Source: Fistulifera solaris (lineage: Eukaryota). From it: 64,000 nucleotides of DNA. The DNA lies in contig AP026128.1 in assembly GCA_030295235.1 (NCBI GenBank), positions 806,001-870,000 of the forward strand. Direction: 5' to 3'. A program made the position numbers and the translations under genes. The notes beneath the pieces are model-generated. The model was not told where the DNA came from. It was given only the letters and a program-made list of their open reading frames with translations, and ran no database searches. Positions 11,536-24,002 of the stretch are shown here, piece after piece. The stretch's first letter is position 1. The number at the start of each line of letters is the position of its first letter.

Positions 11536-14147
11536 ATGGTTGTCAAGTGGGATGTTGTGTGGGGCCGATTGGTCCCGTACTGGACGGCTGTTCTTAGTTC
11601 CTTGTTCATTCTCAGCTTCTGGTATGCGTGGACGAGTGAGTACGGTTACGATGCTTACGAAAAAGCGATCTTTAAGCCGGTACGTTCACCTGCAAAGGTT
11701 CGATCTTTGCATTCACCTCAATTTAACCACAACTTCTGCTGATCAATCAGTTAACACGAGGGATGGACTATGAAGTGGAGGACTGGTCCTCAATTCTAGT
11801 TGGTCTAGTCGCTCCTGCAGTTCTCACAAGCTGCATCTGCGCACTCCTTTTGACAAATCATCCGTTGCCAACATGGCGATGTGGCTGGTTCAACAAGATA
11901 GCGGCTGGACTTCGCCGTCATCCCTCGACCAAAGAAGGTGATGCAGCAATCGATGCATCCTTGGCGAGCCGTCTCATGTCCTCTTTTAAGTTCTTCTTGT
12001 CAAGTCTTCGCCTCCCCTTTCAAAAAGATGGTATCTGATGCCGAGTACGGCCATGACCTCGCAAGTAAAAAGATCAACCAATTCGGCCGCGGTGAGGCAA
12101 ACTTCAACGCCATGTCCATCTGGCTTGTCTTTCTACCCATGGTCATTAGCATAGTGGCAACTTTACCCGACACCATCGAACGAGCTGATGAGCGGGCCGC
12201 CGAGGACGGGTCGAGCGCTACAGCAAAGCGCCTTGAGAGGATTTCGTACCTCTTCGGTTGGGTATCCGCGCTGTGCCTCTCGTTGTTCCTCATACCGATC
12301 ACCAAACACAGTGTGCTTCTCGCTGCCATGGGGTGGAGCCCGATTCACGCTCTGCGAATCCACATCTGGTTCGGATACTTGGCTTTCGTCTACATGTTTA
12401 TCCATGGTATCCTTCTCATTCCAGTCTGGTTCATCTATGAGCCCTATCCGGTCTACAAGCAGATTATTCCCAATCCTGGGTGCTGGGACTGGACGTGGAC
12501 GAAAGAAAATCGCAACGACATTCTGCCACAGTGTCGTCATGTTCATGCCAACTTATCCGGTGTGGTCGCTGCTGTCTTCTTCGTTGTCCTGTGGGGATCA
12601 AGTCTCAATTGGGTCCGTCGCGCAAATTACCGTCTCTTCTACATTTCGCACATCACTTTCGGGACATTGGCCCTGTTGGGCACAATCTTGCATATGTACT
12701 GGTTCGTGATCTACTTCATTCCCAGCATCACATACTACCTTGCCTCAAATACGCCGACGTTAGTACAAGCCTTCGCCAGCCGCTTTCGAGGAGGTGTCAA
12801 GATCCGCAAGGTTGTGCTTGTTGAAAATAGCGGCGGCTGCGTTGAAGTCCAGATGGAGGCTCACCGAACGGCGCATGCTGTCTTGGACCGCGAGCCGTGC
12901 CAGTTCATCAAGCTTTGCGTCCCGACGATATCTCTTATCTGGCATCCATTCGACGTCTTCAAGAGCTATTCAGTCGACGGGATGCCCGACGATACGGTTC
13001 GCTTTCTATTCCGCCCCGTCGGTCCCTTTACTAAGGAGCTCGCAAGACGCTTAACTTCAGACGTCGTGCGACCCGTGACTCTCGTGGATGGATTCTACCT
13101 CGGTGCCGACAAGAGCGAATTGGCCATGCAGCACGACTGCGTGACTCTTGTTGCTGGTGGTGTTGCTCTTTCTCCGTATTTGACTCTCATCCCTGCTTTG
13201 CTGAACCGCATTGCGTCGGCGGAAATCAGCGGCGATAGCGTGAAAACCAAGTCCATTGTGCTCCACTGGGTGGTTCGTGAACCGGGACTCTGCCGCCATT
13301 ATGTCCAGAATTACATCAACAGTATTCTAAAGCGCGCGCGAGTTCTCAATCTTGATACAACGCTGGCCGTCTATGTTTACCTCACGGGGGCGACAAGAAT
13401 TTGGGCGATCCGTCTGAGATGACCGCCGCGGCAGAGTTGAGCAAGTCGACAGTTGAGACACCGTTTGCGGACCAATCGGCAAACCTGTCGCCTGACGACA
13501 CTGCTGATGCTGGAAGCGGAAGCTCTGATGAAGGCAAGAGTACCAGAGATTACACCGTGGTTGTTCAGAAGAATTCAACAGGTCACCCTCTCGAGCTGGC
13601 TCGCATGCTTCCCCGCCGCTACTCTGCGGCAGTTTGGAATATCCCATTCTTTGTCTTTTACTCGGGAGTCACGTTCTTCGGCTTTTGGTACTTGTTTAGT
13701 CAGACGCCCGATAAAGCCAGAAGCTACTACGAGCTCTCCAAAATGACTTGGATCGTTGTTGACGCCGTCCTCATGTACTTTGGATTTGGAATCTTGTCCG
13801 AAGCATTCGTTTTGGGTCTACGCAAGTACTGGCCTCAGCCGAAACTGGATGACTTTGAAATCGTGGCCGCAAACGGCAAGATGAAGGAGCTGAGCGATTC
13901 AGATAACGGTGATGTGATCAATGTCGAAGATGGAAATCTCCCGAGCGCGAACGTGACTATTGTCTACCGCCAGGGCCGCCCCGACGCCGATCAGGTCTTT
14001 GAAGACGCTCGCATGGCAGCCGAACCCGGTATCTTCATGTGCGGTCCCTCTGCATTGACTCACATGGTCAAGGCTGAAGCGTCGAAGGAGAACTCGTATT
14101 TGGGTCTCACCCGTTATTGCTTGTACGATGAGCCCTACGAGATGTGA
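11536..14147 (+). CDS. Ferric reductase-like flavocytochrome, copy 2 (two homopolymer frameshifts)
   Basis: Exon 1 11536-11679, intron 11680-11750 at the same position as in copies 1 and 3. Frameshifts at ~12015 (C run) and ~13388 (G run). All motifs are intact once these are corrected. Confidence 0.88.
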
Positions 14148-15831
14148 GTTGTTGCTCCGAGTACACAATCTCTCTGACGTCGCATCATGACTATTCAGCG
14201 ACATGCATGCTTGCATTCTAATAAAAGATCCATGTTTCATTTCCTCTGTTCGCTTTTATGCCAGTATGTATTCATTTTTTATCGTTCGTGTGAATGATGC
14301 GACCATTTGTCGTGTGCGCACATATTCTCTCGCCTTGGTTGATTGTCACCTAAATCATTTTGCCATAAAACTCGGTCATCATTTGAATTGACAGATAGTA
14401 CAATTGTATCGACGCACCCATCCAAGCAAAATGAAACGAGTACAGCCGATTACAAGCAAGACTTTTGCGCTATTGACAGGCCCTTGAACGAGCGTCTTCA
14501 AGCTCCAAATAATCACACGTATTTGAAAGTTCCTATCGACGAAGCTTATTGGGTTCGTCCCCACTATTGCCGCACCCTCCTTCCACCTATCACATCAAAT
14601 GATCAGCTTTACTTGTTCGTGTACTACTTGCTCACAAAAGATTCAAAGCATTGCTTGACGACTTGATAAACTCCATTGACGCGCGCAGTTGCAAGCAACA
14701 CGGCACGTTGCAGTGCAAAAAAACGGTACGAAACGACGTTAAAATTCTGCCTCGCCGTATCGCTACGTAGAAACTTGTACTGAGAGGCACAATTTTATTT
14801 TAACGTCCTTTCCGTAAAAAAATTTTACCGTAGACTACTGTACGTATCACGGTCGACGAGGAGAGGTGGGAAAACACTTATGTACCGTGTACCGGTAGGA
14901 CTATTACAAGCCTTTTGCACGCGTAACTACTAGTCTGCGGTACCGGTAAGGTTACCAAACGAACGACAAAAAAGACGCAACCAAAAATTGCGCACCTTAG
15001 AATTCATTACTCCGTAATATTGGACTCTTAGAGAGATCTCTAGCGACGATTGCGAGTTGTTTAGAGGCTCGTGAATCTTGATGAAGCTGCGGGAAGCGGA
15101 AGTGAGAGCCGAGCCTCGAACTTTGATCTTTGTTCATGGATCACAAACCCCAGAGACAGTGTGCCTCTAGAGAGAGCTATAGAGATAGTGGAGCATGCAC
15201 AGCACAAGCAGGCACAAGCGGCAAGCCGTCGTACGTCGTAGGTACTAGAGAGCTAGAGAGGTACAAAAGTAAGGACATGCTCACACAAGAGCACTCGAGA
15301 TTAGAAAATGGGGCTGGAGAGGTACACTAAGTATCCAAAAGTGAGACGTGAGACTTTGAGCCTGCTGCAGAAAGCCGAAAGCCGAAAATCAATCTCCTTG
15401 CTCCTTGTACTTCAGACTTCAGACTCCAGACCATAACACATACAGTAACACATTCACCATTCATTCAAACATCCTTACCTGATACCTGATACGGAGTAGA
15501 AGCGAAAGCGAACACTGAGACCATAATGTTCCAGTGGAAAGCTGATGAGGCGAAAAGAAATGTTGGTTTTAAGCCCTATAAACTATCATTTTTTCACCAA
15601 CCTCCAACCTCTCACTCGCCAGTTTTGTTATCTGTTAGTCTAGGGTACAACGGTACGGAGAATAGTGGCGAGCAGCGAATCACGAATCACGATGACTAGT
15701 ACTACAAGTAGCAACTAACAAGGACTCTTTAAAAGCTAAAAACAGAGGCATTTTGGTTTTTGTACACAAGAAACAAGAGCTGCCCGGAGTATTATTTCTT
15801 TGGTTTGGTGTCAACTGTCAACACGTGGTCC

Positions 15832-15850
15832 CATGCTAAGCGCGTGCTTG
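15832..15850 (+). promoter_or_regulatory. Conserved upstream motif, copy 3 (CATGCTAAGCGCGTGCTTG), preceded by ACACGTGG
   Basis: Matches the motifs at 7371 and 11393. An E/G-box CACGTG lies at 15822-15827. Confidence 0.6.
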
Positions 15851-16010
15851 ATACCTTTGTTACTTGACACTCTTTATGAAACCAACAAAATGTGATGGAT
15901 GGAGATGATTTACCGGCTCGACCAGCCTGCTATCAAAGATACCTCATAAAATACATCAAACAAAAATTGATGGCTCAAAATTGAAATCTTGTTTTGTTGC
16001 TCGAATCATC

Positions 16011-18610
16011 ATGTTCGATTTGGACGTTGCCATGGGCCGATTGGTCCCGTACTGGATATCGGTCCTCACCACGCTCTTTATCATCAGTTTTTTGTACGCT
16101 TGGACGAACGATCCTGGTTATCTTGCTTTTGAAAAAGCTATCTTCAAACCGGTACGTAACCACTTCTCAATTGATACCAGCAATTCTCCTATATAGCTCT
16201 CACTGTTCGTGCTGATGAACTTGGCATTATCCATCAGTTAACCAAAGGAATGGATCACGAAGTTGAGGATTGGGCCTCTAATTTGATTGGATTCATAGCA
16301 CCACTTCTTCTTGCGAGCTGCCTTTGCGCGTTGTTTTTGACTAATCATCGATTGCCTACATGGAGATGCAGCTGGTTCAACAAGATCGCAGCGGCAATTC
16401 GCCGTCCTCCAACGAAGAAAGAAGGCGACAACATGACGAATGCAAATGTGCTGCAAAAACTCCAAGCCAGTTTTGGGTTCTTCGTGTCAAGCCTTCGTCT
16501 CCCCTTTATCAACATGACATCAGAGGCTGAGTACGGACATGATCTAGCAAGCAAGAAAGTCAACCAGTTCGGCCGGGGTGAGCCGAACTTTAATGCCATG
16601 TCTATCTGGCTCGCCTTTCTACCCATGGTCATTGGTGTAGTAGCTTACTTACCCGTCAGCTTCAAATGGGCGGATGAAGCAGCTGTTACGGAGGGAACAA
16701 GCAGGACAAGAGAGCGAATGATTTCAGCCTCGTATCTCTCTGGGTGGGGGTCGTTTATGTGCCTGGCCTTTTTTCTCATTCCGGTCACCCGTCATAGTGT
16801 GCTTCTGGCGGCAATGGGATGGAGCCCGATCCACGCTCTACGATTGCACATCTGGTTCGGGTACCTGTCGTATATCTTCATGTTCATCCACGGTATCATG
16901 CTCGTCCCTGTTTGGTACATGTACGAGCCGTATGCAGTGTACAAGCAAGTCATTCCGGATTCCAGGTGCTGGAGCTGGACTTGGACAGCAGAAACCGAGG
17001 CGGACATTGAACCGAGCTGCCGCCATGTCCACGCCAATCTATCTGGTGTCATCGCCGCAGTGTTCTTCACAGTACTCTGGGGATCGAGTCTTAACTGGGT
17101 CCGTCGAAAGAATTACCGTCTCTTCTACACTTTGCACATCATCTTCGGGATTCTGACCATTCTAGGCTCCATCTTGCACATGTACTGGTTTGTTCTTTAT
17201 CTGATCCCAAGCATCACGTACTACCTTGCCTCAACCACGCCAACAGTGGTACAGGCAGTTGCCAGTCGCTTTCGGGGTGGTGTCAAGATCCGCAAGGTTG
17301 TGCTCGTGGAAGACAGCGGCGGCTGCGTCGAAGTCCAGATGGAGGCTCACCGAACGGCGCATGCTGTTTTGGACCGCGAACCATGTCAGTTCATTAAGCT
17401 TTGTGTCCCCAAGATCTCACTCATCTGGCACCCTTTCGACGTCTTCAAGGGCTACTCAGTCGATGGCACAACCGACGATACGGTTCGCTTTCTGTTCCGA
17501 CCTGTTGGTCCGTTTACCAAAGAGCTCGCAAAGCGTTTGACTGGCGTCGAGCGTCCTGTGACGCTGGTGGATGGATTTTATCTTGGTGCCGACAAGAGCG
17601 AGCTTGCGCTGCAGCACGACTGCGTCACTATGGTTGCCGGTGGGGTTGCTCTTTCTCCGTATTTGACCCTCATCCCTGCCTTGTTGAACCGCATTGCCTT
17701 GGCAGAGAGAGTCGGTGATAACGTAAAAACCAAGTCCATCGTGCTCCACTGGGTCGTTCGTGAACCGGGACTCTGTCGTTATTACGTTGACAATTACGTC
17801 AACAGTATCTTGAAACGCGCTCGCGCTCTTAATCTTGACACAACGCTGGCTATTTATGTGTACCTCACAGGAGGCGAGAAAGCTGTTGTAGATTCATCTG
17901 AAAAAACTACTCCGGCAGCTTTGAGCAGTCTAACCATTGCGGATCCCTCACATGACGAGACCGCCGAGGCGGGCAGCGGTAGCTCTGAGCAAGATAAGTA
18001 TTCCAACGACGGTAAGGGCCATGATGACATTGCCACCGGCAATTCAACTGGTCACCCTCTCGAGTTGGCCCGAATGCTTCCCCGTCGTTATTCAGTTGCT
18101 GTGTGGAACTTTCCTTTCTTTCTCCTATTCACAGTGTCAGTGTTCGTCGGCTTTCAACTTTTATGGGATCAGAATCCGCACGATCCCATGAATTATTACG
18201 ACCTTTCCAAGATGACCTGGCTCGTGTTGTATCTCATCCCCCTTTACTTTGGATTCGGTATCTTGTCCGAGGCATGTGTTCTTGGTCTACGCAAGTACTG
18301 GCCTCAGCCGAAACTGGATGACTTTGAAATCGTCGCGGTGGGAGGCAAGATGAAAGAGCTGAGCGATTCTGACGACGGAGACATCAACGAAGACGGAAAT
18401 CTCCCGAGCGCGAAGGTGACCATGGTTTACCGCCAAGGCCGTCCCAACGCTGATCAGGTCTTTGAAGATGCTCGCATGGCAGCCGAACCCGGTATCTTCA
18501 TGTGCGGTCCCTCTGCTTTGACTCACATGGTTAAGGCGGAAGCCTCGAAGGAAAACTCTTATTTGGGCCTCACCCGTTACTGTTTGTACGATGAGCCGTA
18601 CGAGATGTAA
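16011..18610 (+). CDS. Ferric reductase-like flavocytochrome, copy 3
   Basis: Exon 1 16011-16151 (MFDLDVAMGRLVPYW...KAIFKP), intron 16152-16237, exon 2 16238-18610 fully open, same motifs as copy 1. Confidence 0.92.
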
Positions 18611-19286
18611 TTGCATTTATTTGATTCAGTGGCGCTGGGGCGGAAAATCTCTCTTTACGGCAAAACGCAGTTCCAGAGCCAATACGTGTTACAAACTCTT
18701 TAACAAAATATACATGTGTCATTCATTTTCTTGTTCGCTGTTTTCCGATCATTAGCATAACGCGCTGGGACTTGTCTGCAGTTGATTGTTGCCTTGACAT
18801 CGTCTTTGTAGCAATGTTTTCGGATCTTTGCTGCTTCCATGACTTTCAGCTTCCGCTTCGATCATTCTTTCTACTAGTCACTGTGATACAGCCGTCATTA
18901 GAGCAGCGCATTGCAGCTATTGTAATATCGAGCGAACGAATGAAGGGCAATGAGAGAACACGCATGCTCCCTTTGTGTTTGTTGTGATGATGATGAGCAA
19001 GAGAAAAATAATGAAGAGGTGCGCTGCGAATAACCTTACTGTAAAAGCGAAAGGATGAAATGATCCGTGATCCTTTCCCGTTGGCGAATGCGTACACTTT
19101 TATCCATATAAAGAGTTGTTTATTTGCGAATCATTACTTAGGCTATATTTTCCGTTCATACGACTATAACGGTTACAAACGTTAATAATTATATCCGCTC
19201 GCATAGCTCGTCGCCTTTCGCTGCAAACAAAATGCCGCACTGCATTGATTTATTTGCTGTCAAGCATTTTTAAATGCAAACTCAAA

Positions 19287-21744
19287 ATGGGACAATCTGC
19301 AAGCAAGGAGAAATTTGGAGAGTCCGTACAAGCGTTAATCAAGGTTGATATATCGGCCGACGATGCGGATTTTTGGGACGAATTGTGGAAAATTCCCAGT
19401 TCGGCAGAAGAAGTGTTTGAGTTAATTCCTCCTTCTGCGGCTAGAAAATTACGCGATGATCGCTTTGAGAACTTGGCGACCTTATTTACTCAAGCAGTAG
19501 CGCAGCTGTGTCAGATCGTTGAAACGCCGTATAGTATTTACTTTGACCAAGCACTCAACTGCGTACGAGTTTTGACCCGGGTTCTGCCGTTTCTTCTCGA
19601 AAAAGGTGCGTATCGACGACAAAGGAAGACAGCAGAACACCACGCGCTGACGCTCTAAGCTTAACTCAGGTGATCTAGGGGACGCCGACGAGAACGTTGA
19701 GCAATTGTGTTGGGGAACGGGTTCCGCTGGTTTGGGAAATGACGAAAAAATTGGTTTGATGATTGGGGGAGGCGCGGAAAAGAAAGAGGAAGGGGAACTG
19801 CCAATGTCGGCAAAATTGCCAACAAGAATGTTGACGAAGATCAACAAGAACCGCTGGCGTTATTGGTGGTGCACGCTTGCATGCACATGTTATTTTTACC
19901 GCAATTTACTTGTGATTTCTACGAAGATTCGACCCTCCCGAAACATCGACCCGCAATTGATAAGACTATCGTCACAAAGGAAGATAAAGAACTCCGAGCG
20001 GAAGCGGGTCTTCGTGAAAAGAAAGTGGAATGGGGCGTCCCTCTTGATCCCACTCCGACGAGTATCATTTGGGCGCCTGGAGTTGGCGTGACGGCCACGG
20101 AGTTGGGCTTTGACGCAGGAACGCGCAAATACGACGCCAATCGGGTGGAAGTTTTGCGATTATTACTAGCATGCTCATGTGATCCTCTTTATAGCCCAGC
20201 TGATGAATACAATCCGCTCGCGAGCCGATGGTTAGGAGTGGCCACTGCCGCGGATGCACCGAATGCGATCTGCTTATTTTATAGCTTACTCAACACAATT
20301 CTCAACTACGACCCCCGAGCAATGCCGGTCACAGCGGGCTTTTCGGAAGGCAATCACGTCAAGCTCGTAGAATTATCAACACAAGTCCTTTGCGTTCTTC
20401 TCGATTGTGGATTGCCCGGGACGGCCGAACCGGTCAGCGACCAGAACGGTAAAGAAGTCGTTGAATTTGATGTTGCAAGCAAAGGCGGTTTCAACATCTT
20501 CCGAACACTTATGGCCCGCATTGATACTGGCAGGGAGCTGACGTTTATTTACAATGGCTTTGCTCGCTTACTTCGCAACGTATACGAGGCAGAAGCTACC
20601 TACATTAGCAGCCGAAGACTAGAATGTTTTCAAGAGCTTCTCGTTTTGTTTTGGAAATTCTCCGAGGAAAACCCGCTGTTTGTCAAGCATGCTCTTTTAC
20701 GCTGTAACATCAACGACATTCTTGTTCCGATTTGCTTTCTGATGTACCGAAGTCGTCGAGATCCTTCGCAGATCGGTCTTGTTCACATTTGCACCTTCAT
20801 TCTTCTCAAGTTCTCGGGCGAAAGGTCTTTCGGCGTGGCACTAAACAAACAATTCACGAAGAAGCTACCAACCGACCTTCCTCTCTTCCGTGGGTGTCAT
20901 ACTGACTTGTTGGTCATCACTCTCCACAAGCTGGTCGTCAACGGAGCGTACAAACTGGTACCTTTGTATTCATGCTTTTTGACTATCATCGCAAATGTCT
21001 CGCCCTATTGGAAGAGCATGAGTCTTGTGGCGGCTGTGAAACTCGTCAATCTTTTGAGCTTTTCTCGTCTCCTAAGTTTTTGTACTCAGGCGAATTTGCT
21101 TATCGTCACCTGGCTCTACTTTTGGAGGTGTTCAACAACATTATTCAGTACCAATATCACGGTAACGCTCATCTTGTATACGCGATAGTGAGACGAAAGG
21201 ATGCTTTTGGGCAACTCGCTTCTTTGACTCTTGAGCGTGCCCAGGCAGCTTGTCATAAAGTTTATGGCGAACAAACTTCTCAGCAGAAAAATGTGGATGC
21301 TGCGATGAAGTCTATGGACGCCAAAGCAATACCAATGTCGAACAACAATGCACATGATGATGCATCGCAGAACTCCGAGGTGGTGGGAACCCCCTTTTAT
21401 CCCACGCAAGAATGGCTCGAAGAGCTCAAGGACAGTCTTCCTATGGAAGCTGTGACGCGCCTGTTGCAACACCTTGTACCGGTGGTTGATGATATCGTCA
21501 ATAAGAAAAGCGGAGTCGTCGACGAGCAAGAAATTTTGGATGTCCTTAATGAAATCACAATGGTTGGTTTATTGCCCGTGCCCCACTCCATTGTGATCCG
21601 AAAATACCAGCCAAATCAATACACCGCGCTTTGGTTTACTGCCTTCATGTGGGGCGTCATCTTTTGCGAAACCAATCACTTCCTTTATTCGACGGAGAGT
21701 GCATCGAATTGTTTCAGGTGTCACTCGATGACCATGACGAGTAA
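19287..21744 (+). CDS. HID1: HID1 (dymeclin-family) Golgi protein
   Basis: Myristoylation-type start MGQSASK, FWDELW, ALNCVRVLTRVLPFLLE, GLVHICTFILLKFSGERSFGVALN, FNNIIQYQY.GN.HLVYAIVR, C-terminal WGVIFLRN after correcting a T run. One intron (~19606-19669) and homopolymer frameshifts. Confidence 0.85.
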
Positions 21745-22043
21745 CTATATGTTGAATTAGTTAATTATAGATAGGACATTACGTTTTCTGCGGTTTTCTG
21801 CGACACTATAAATAAATCCCTTCTATGAAGGAGACAAGTGCAATGAAATAAAAACGATGACAGACGGAGTTGCTTTTGAAACTTAAACCTTAAATTAAAA
21901 ATTCTTGCCCTCGATCCTTGCCAACGTAAGAAAAGAGCAGCTCTGTGTTTAAGCGCAACTACATCAAATCATATCAAACTTATTCGCAAATAAAATTTGA
22001 TTACAAAACGACACCAATATCACTTAATCTTTTCAATAATAAC

Positions 22044-23218
22044 TTAGTTGACAGGTTCCGGTTTGAGCGCAGTGGCTTCGTCCCACAGATTCTGGAATAG
22101 TGCTGTGGAAAGGTATCGCTCTCCGAACGAAGGAATGATGGCCACGATGCGCTTTCCAGCGTTCTCGGGACGCTTGGCTACTTGAGAAGCCGCCAAGACG
22201 GCCGCTCCGGAGGAAATACCGCAAAAGATTCCTTCTTCCAAGGCCATACGACGAGCCATGGCCATGGCGTCTTCACCCGCAATCTGAACGACTTCGTCGA
22301 TCAACGAAGTATCGGCATTGCCCGGAATGAAACCAGCACCAATTCCTTGAATTTTGTGAGGCCCCGGCTTGCCACCACTCAAGACCGCGGACTCCATGGG
22401 TTCGACGGCGACGATTTGGAGGGAAGGGTTCAGTGGCTTCAAATACTGTCCACACCCAGTGAGAGTTCCACCCGTGCCTACACCACCGACGAGAATGTCG
22501 ACTTTGCCGTCTGTATCGGTCCAGATTTCCGGACCGGTTGTTTCACGGTGGATCTTTGGGTTGTCGGGGTTGTTGAATTGCTGCAACAACATACCATCCG
22601 GTCCAAGTGAATTGACAATCTCCTCTGCCTTGGCGATGGCTGCTCGATGATATCGTAAAATTTGCATGATTGTGTGAGAATAATACGAGATGAATGACAA
22701 TCGGTTGACCTATATGAGTAAATACAGTCGACAATAAACTCACCTCCTCCCATTCCCTTGGCCGCCGGAGTAAGAATGACTTCCGCACCGAAAGCTTTGA
22801 GCAAGACACGACGTTCCATCGACATGGACTCGGGCATGGTAAGCTTCAATTTGTATCCTTTCGCGGCTGCCACCATCGCAAGACCGATGCCCGTGTTTCC
22901 GGAAGTTGGTTCCACGAGGACCGTCTTTCCGGGTGTAATATCCCCACGGGCTTCCGCTTCCGTGATCATGCTCAATGCGATGCGGTCTTTCACTGAGTTT
23001 GCCGGATTACTGCTCTCCAATTTGACCACGACTTCGGCGACACTTCCTTCTGTCACTCGATTGAGCTTGACCAAGGGCGTATTGCCAATTAGCTCGAGGA
23101 CATTGTTCGCGATCTTCGCTGCTGACAAAGCTGACGAGCCGGAAGGAACCGAGCGGGGCACAAACGCATCGCTGGTCGAAAGAAGAGTCAGAAACGTAGG
23201 GAATATAAAACGAGCCAT
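22044..23218 (-). CDS. cysK: Cysteine synthase (O-acetylserine thiol-lyase), plastid-targeted
   Basis: SVKDRIA (PLP lysine), [42 protein letters not shown]. Signal peptide plus SDAFVP motif. Intron 22640-22743. Confidence 0.95.
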
Positions 23219-23440
23219 GTTTTATTATCGTAATAAAAGGGTTCTGATTGCTGTTGTGAAAGTGTTAGAAGCGAAACATGCAAAGATCTTTTCTCGTGTC
23301 CATCCGATGACTGACTTTCCCAGACTACTCTTTCGTCTAGTCTGAGGAACCTGTGAGACACATGCGAAGAACAACGAAATACGAACAATGTTTTATGTTT
23401 GCGCCACCAAAAATAGGACGGGGTAACATCATATCTATGC

Positions 23441-23970
23441 ACAACCTAATCTAATTGTAAATTGTAACAGCAAGCAACAATCGACATCGAATGGAATTCA
23501 AAACGTGGATAAGACAAAAGTCAGAGTGCTTCGAATGTCTACGTGAACTGCACGTATCCCCCGTAGGAATTTTATCGATGTAGGTAGCAATCGGACTTTT
23601 CAGAATTTCAGCTCGCCTTTTTCGGGTAACATTGCCACCAAACAACATCATAACCTTCTCCACCACAATGTATTGGTCCCACAAACAGTAATCGACATTG
23701 AATGCAATCGAAGCGTAGAAAAGACACTCGATGCAACGCTCTGAGAGTCTACGTGTATTTCACGTAGCCCTCGTAAGGAAATTTATCGACAGAGGGGACA
23801 CCCGGATATTACGCAGATTCGCGACAAACCATTTTCCTTGCAAACGCTTGACACAACGTCATCATAACTACGCACAACAGCCTAGTCTAATTGTAGTATT
23901 TATCATTGACCGAAATCGAATGGAAGTCAAAACGTAGAAAAGAGAAAGATAGTGTACTTCGAATTTCTAA
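23441..23970. repeat. Degenerate ~211-218-bp tandem repeat (about 2.5 copies)
   Basis: ATCGAATGGAATTCAAAACGTGGATAAGAC (23486), ATTGAATGCAATCGAAGCGTAGAAAAGAC (23697) and ATCGAATGGAAGTCAAAACGTAGAAAAGAG (23915), with further shared blocks such as GTCTACGTG..CACGTA..CGTA.GAA..TTTATCGA. Confidence 0.65.
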
Positions 23971-24002
23971 ACGCTCACACCATGTCTGTCTCGCCCAAAT
24001 AA

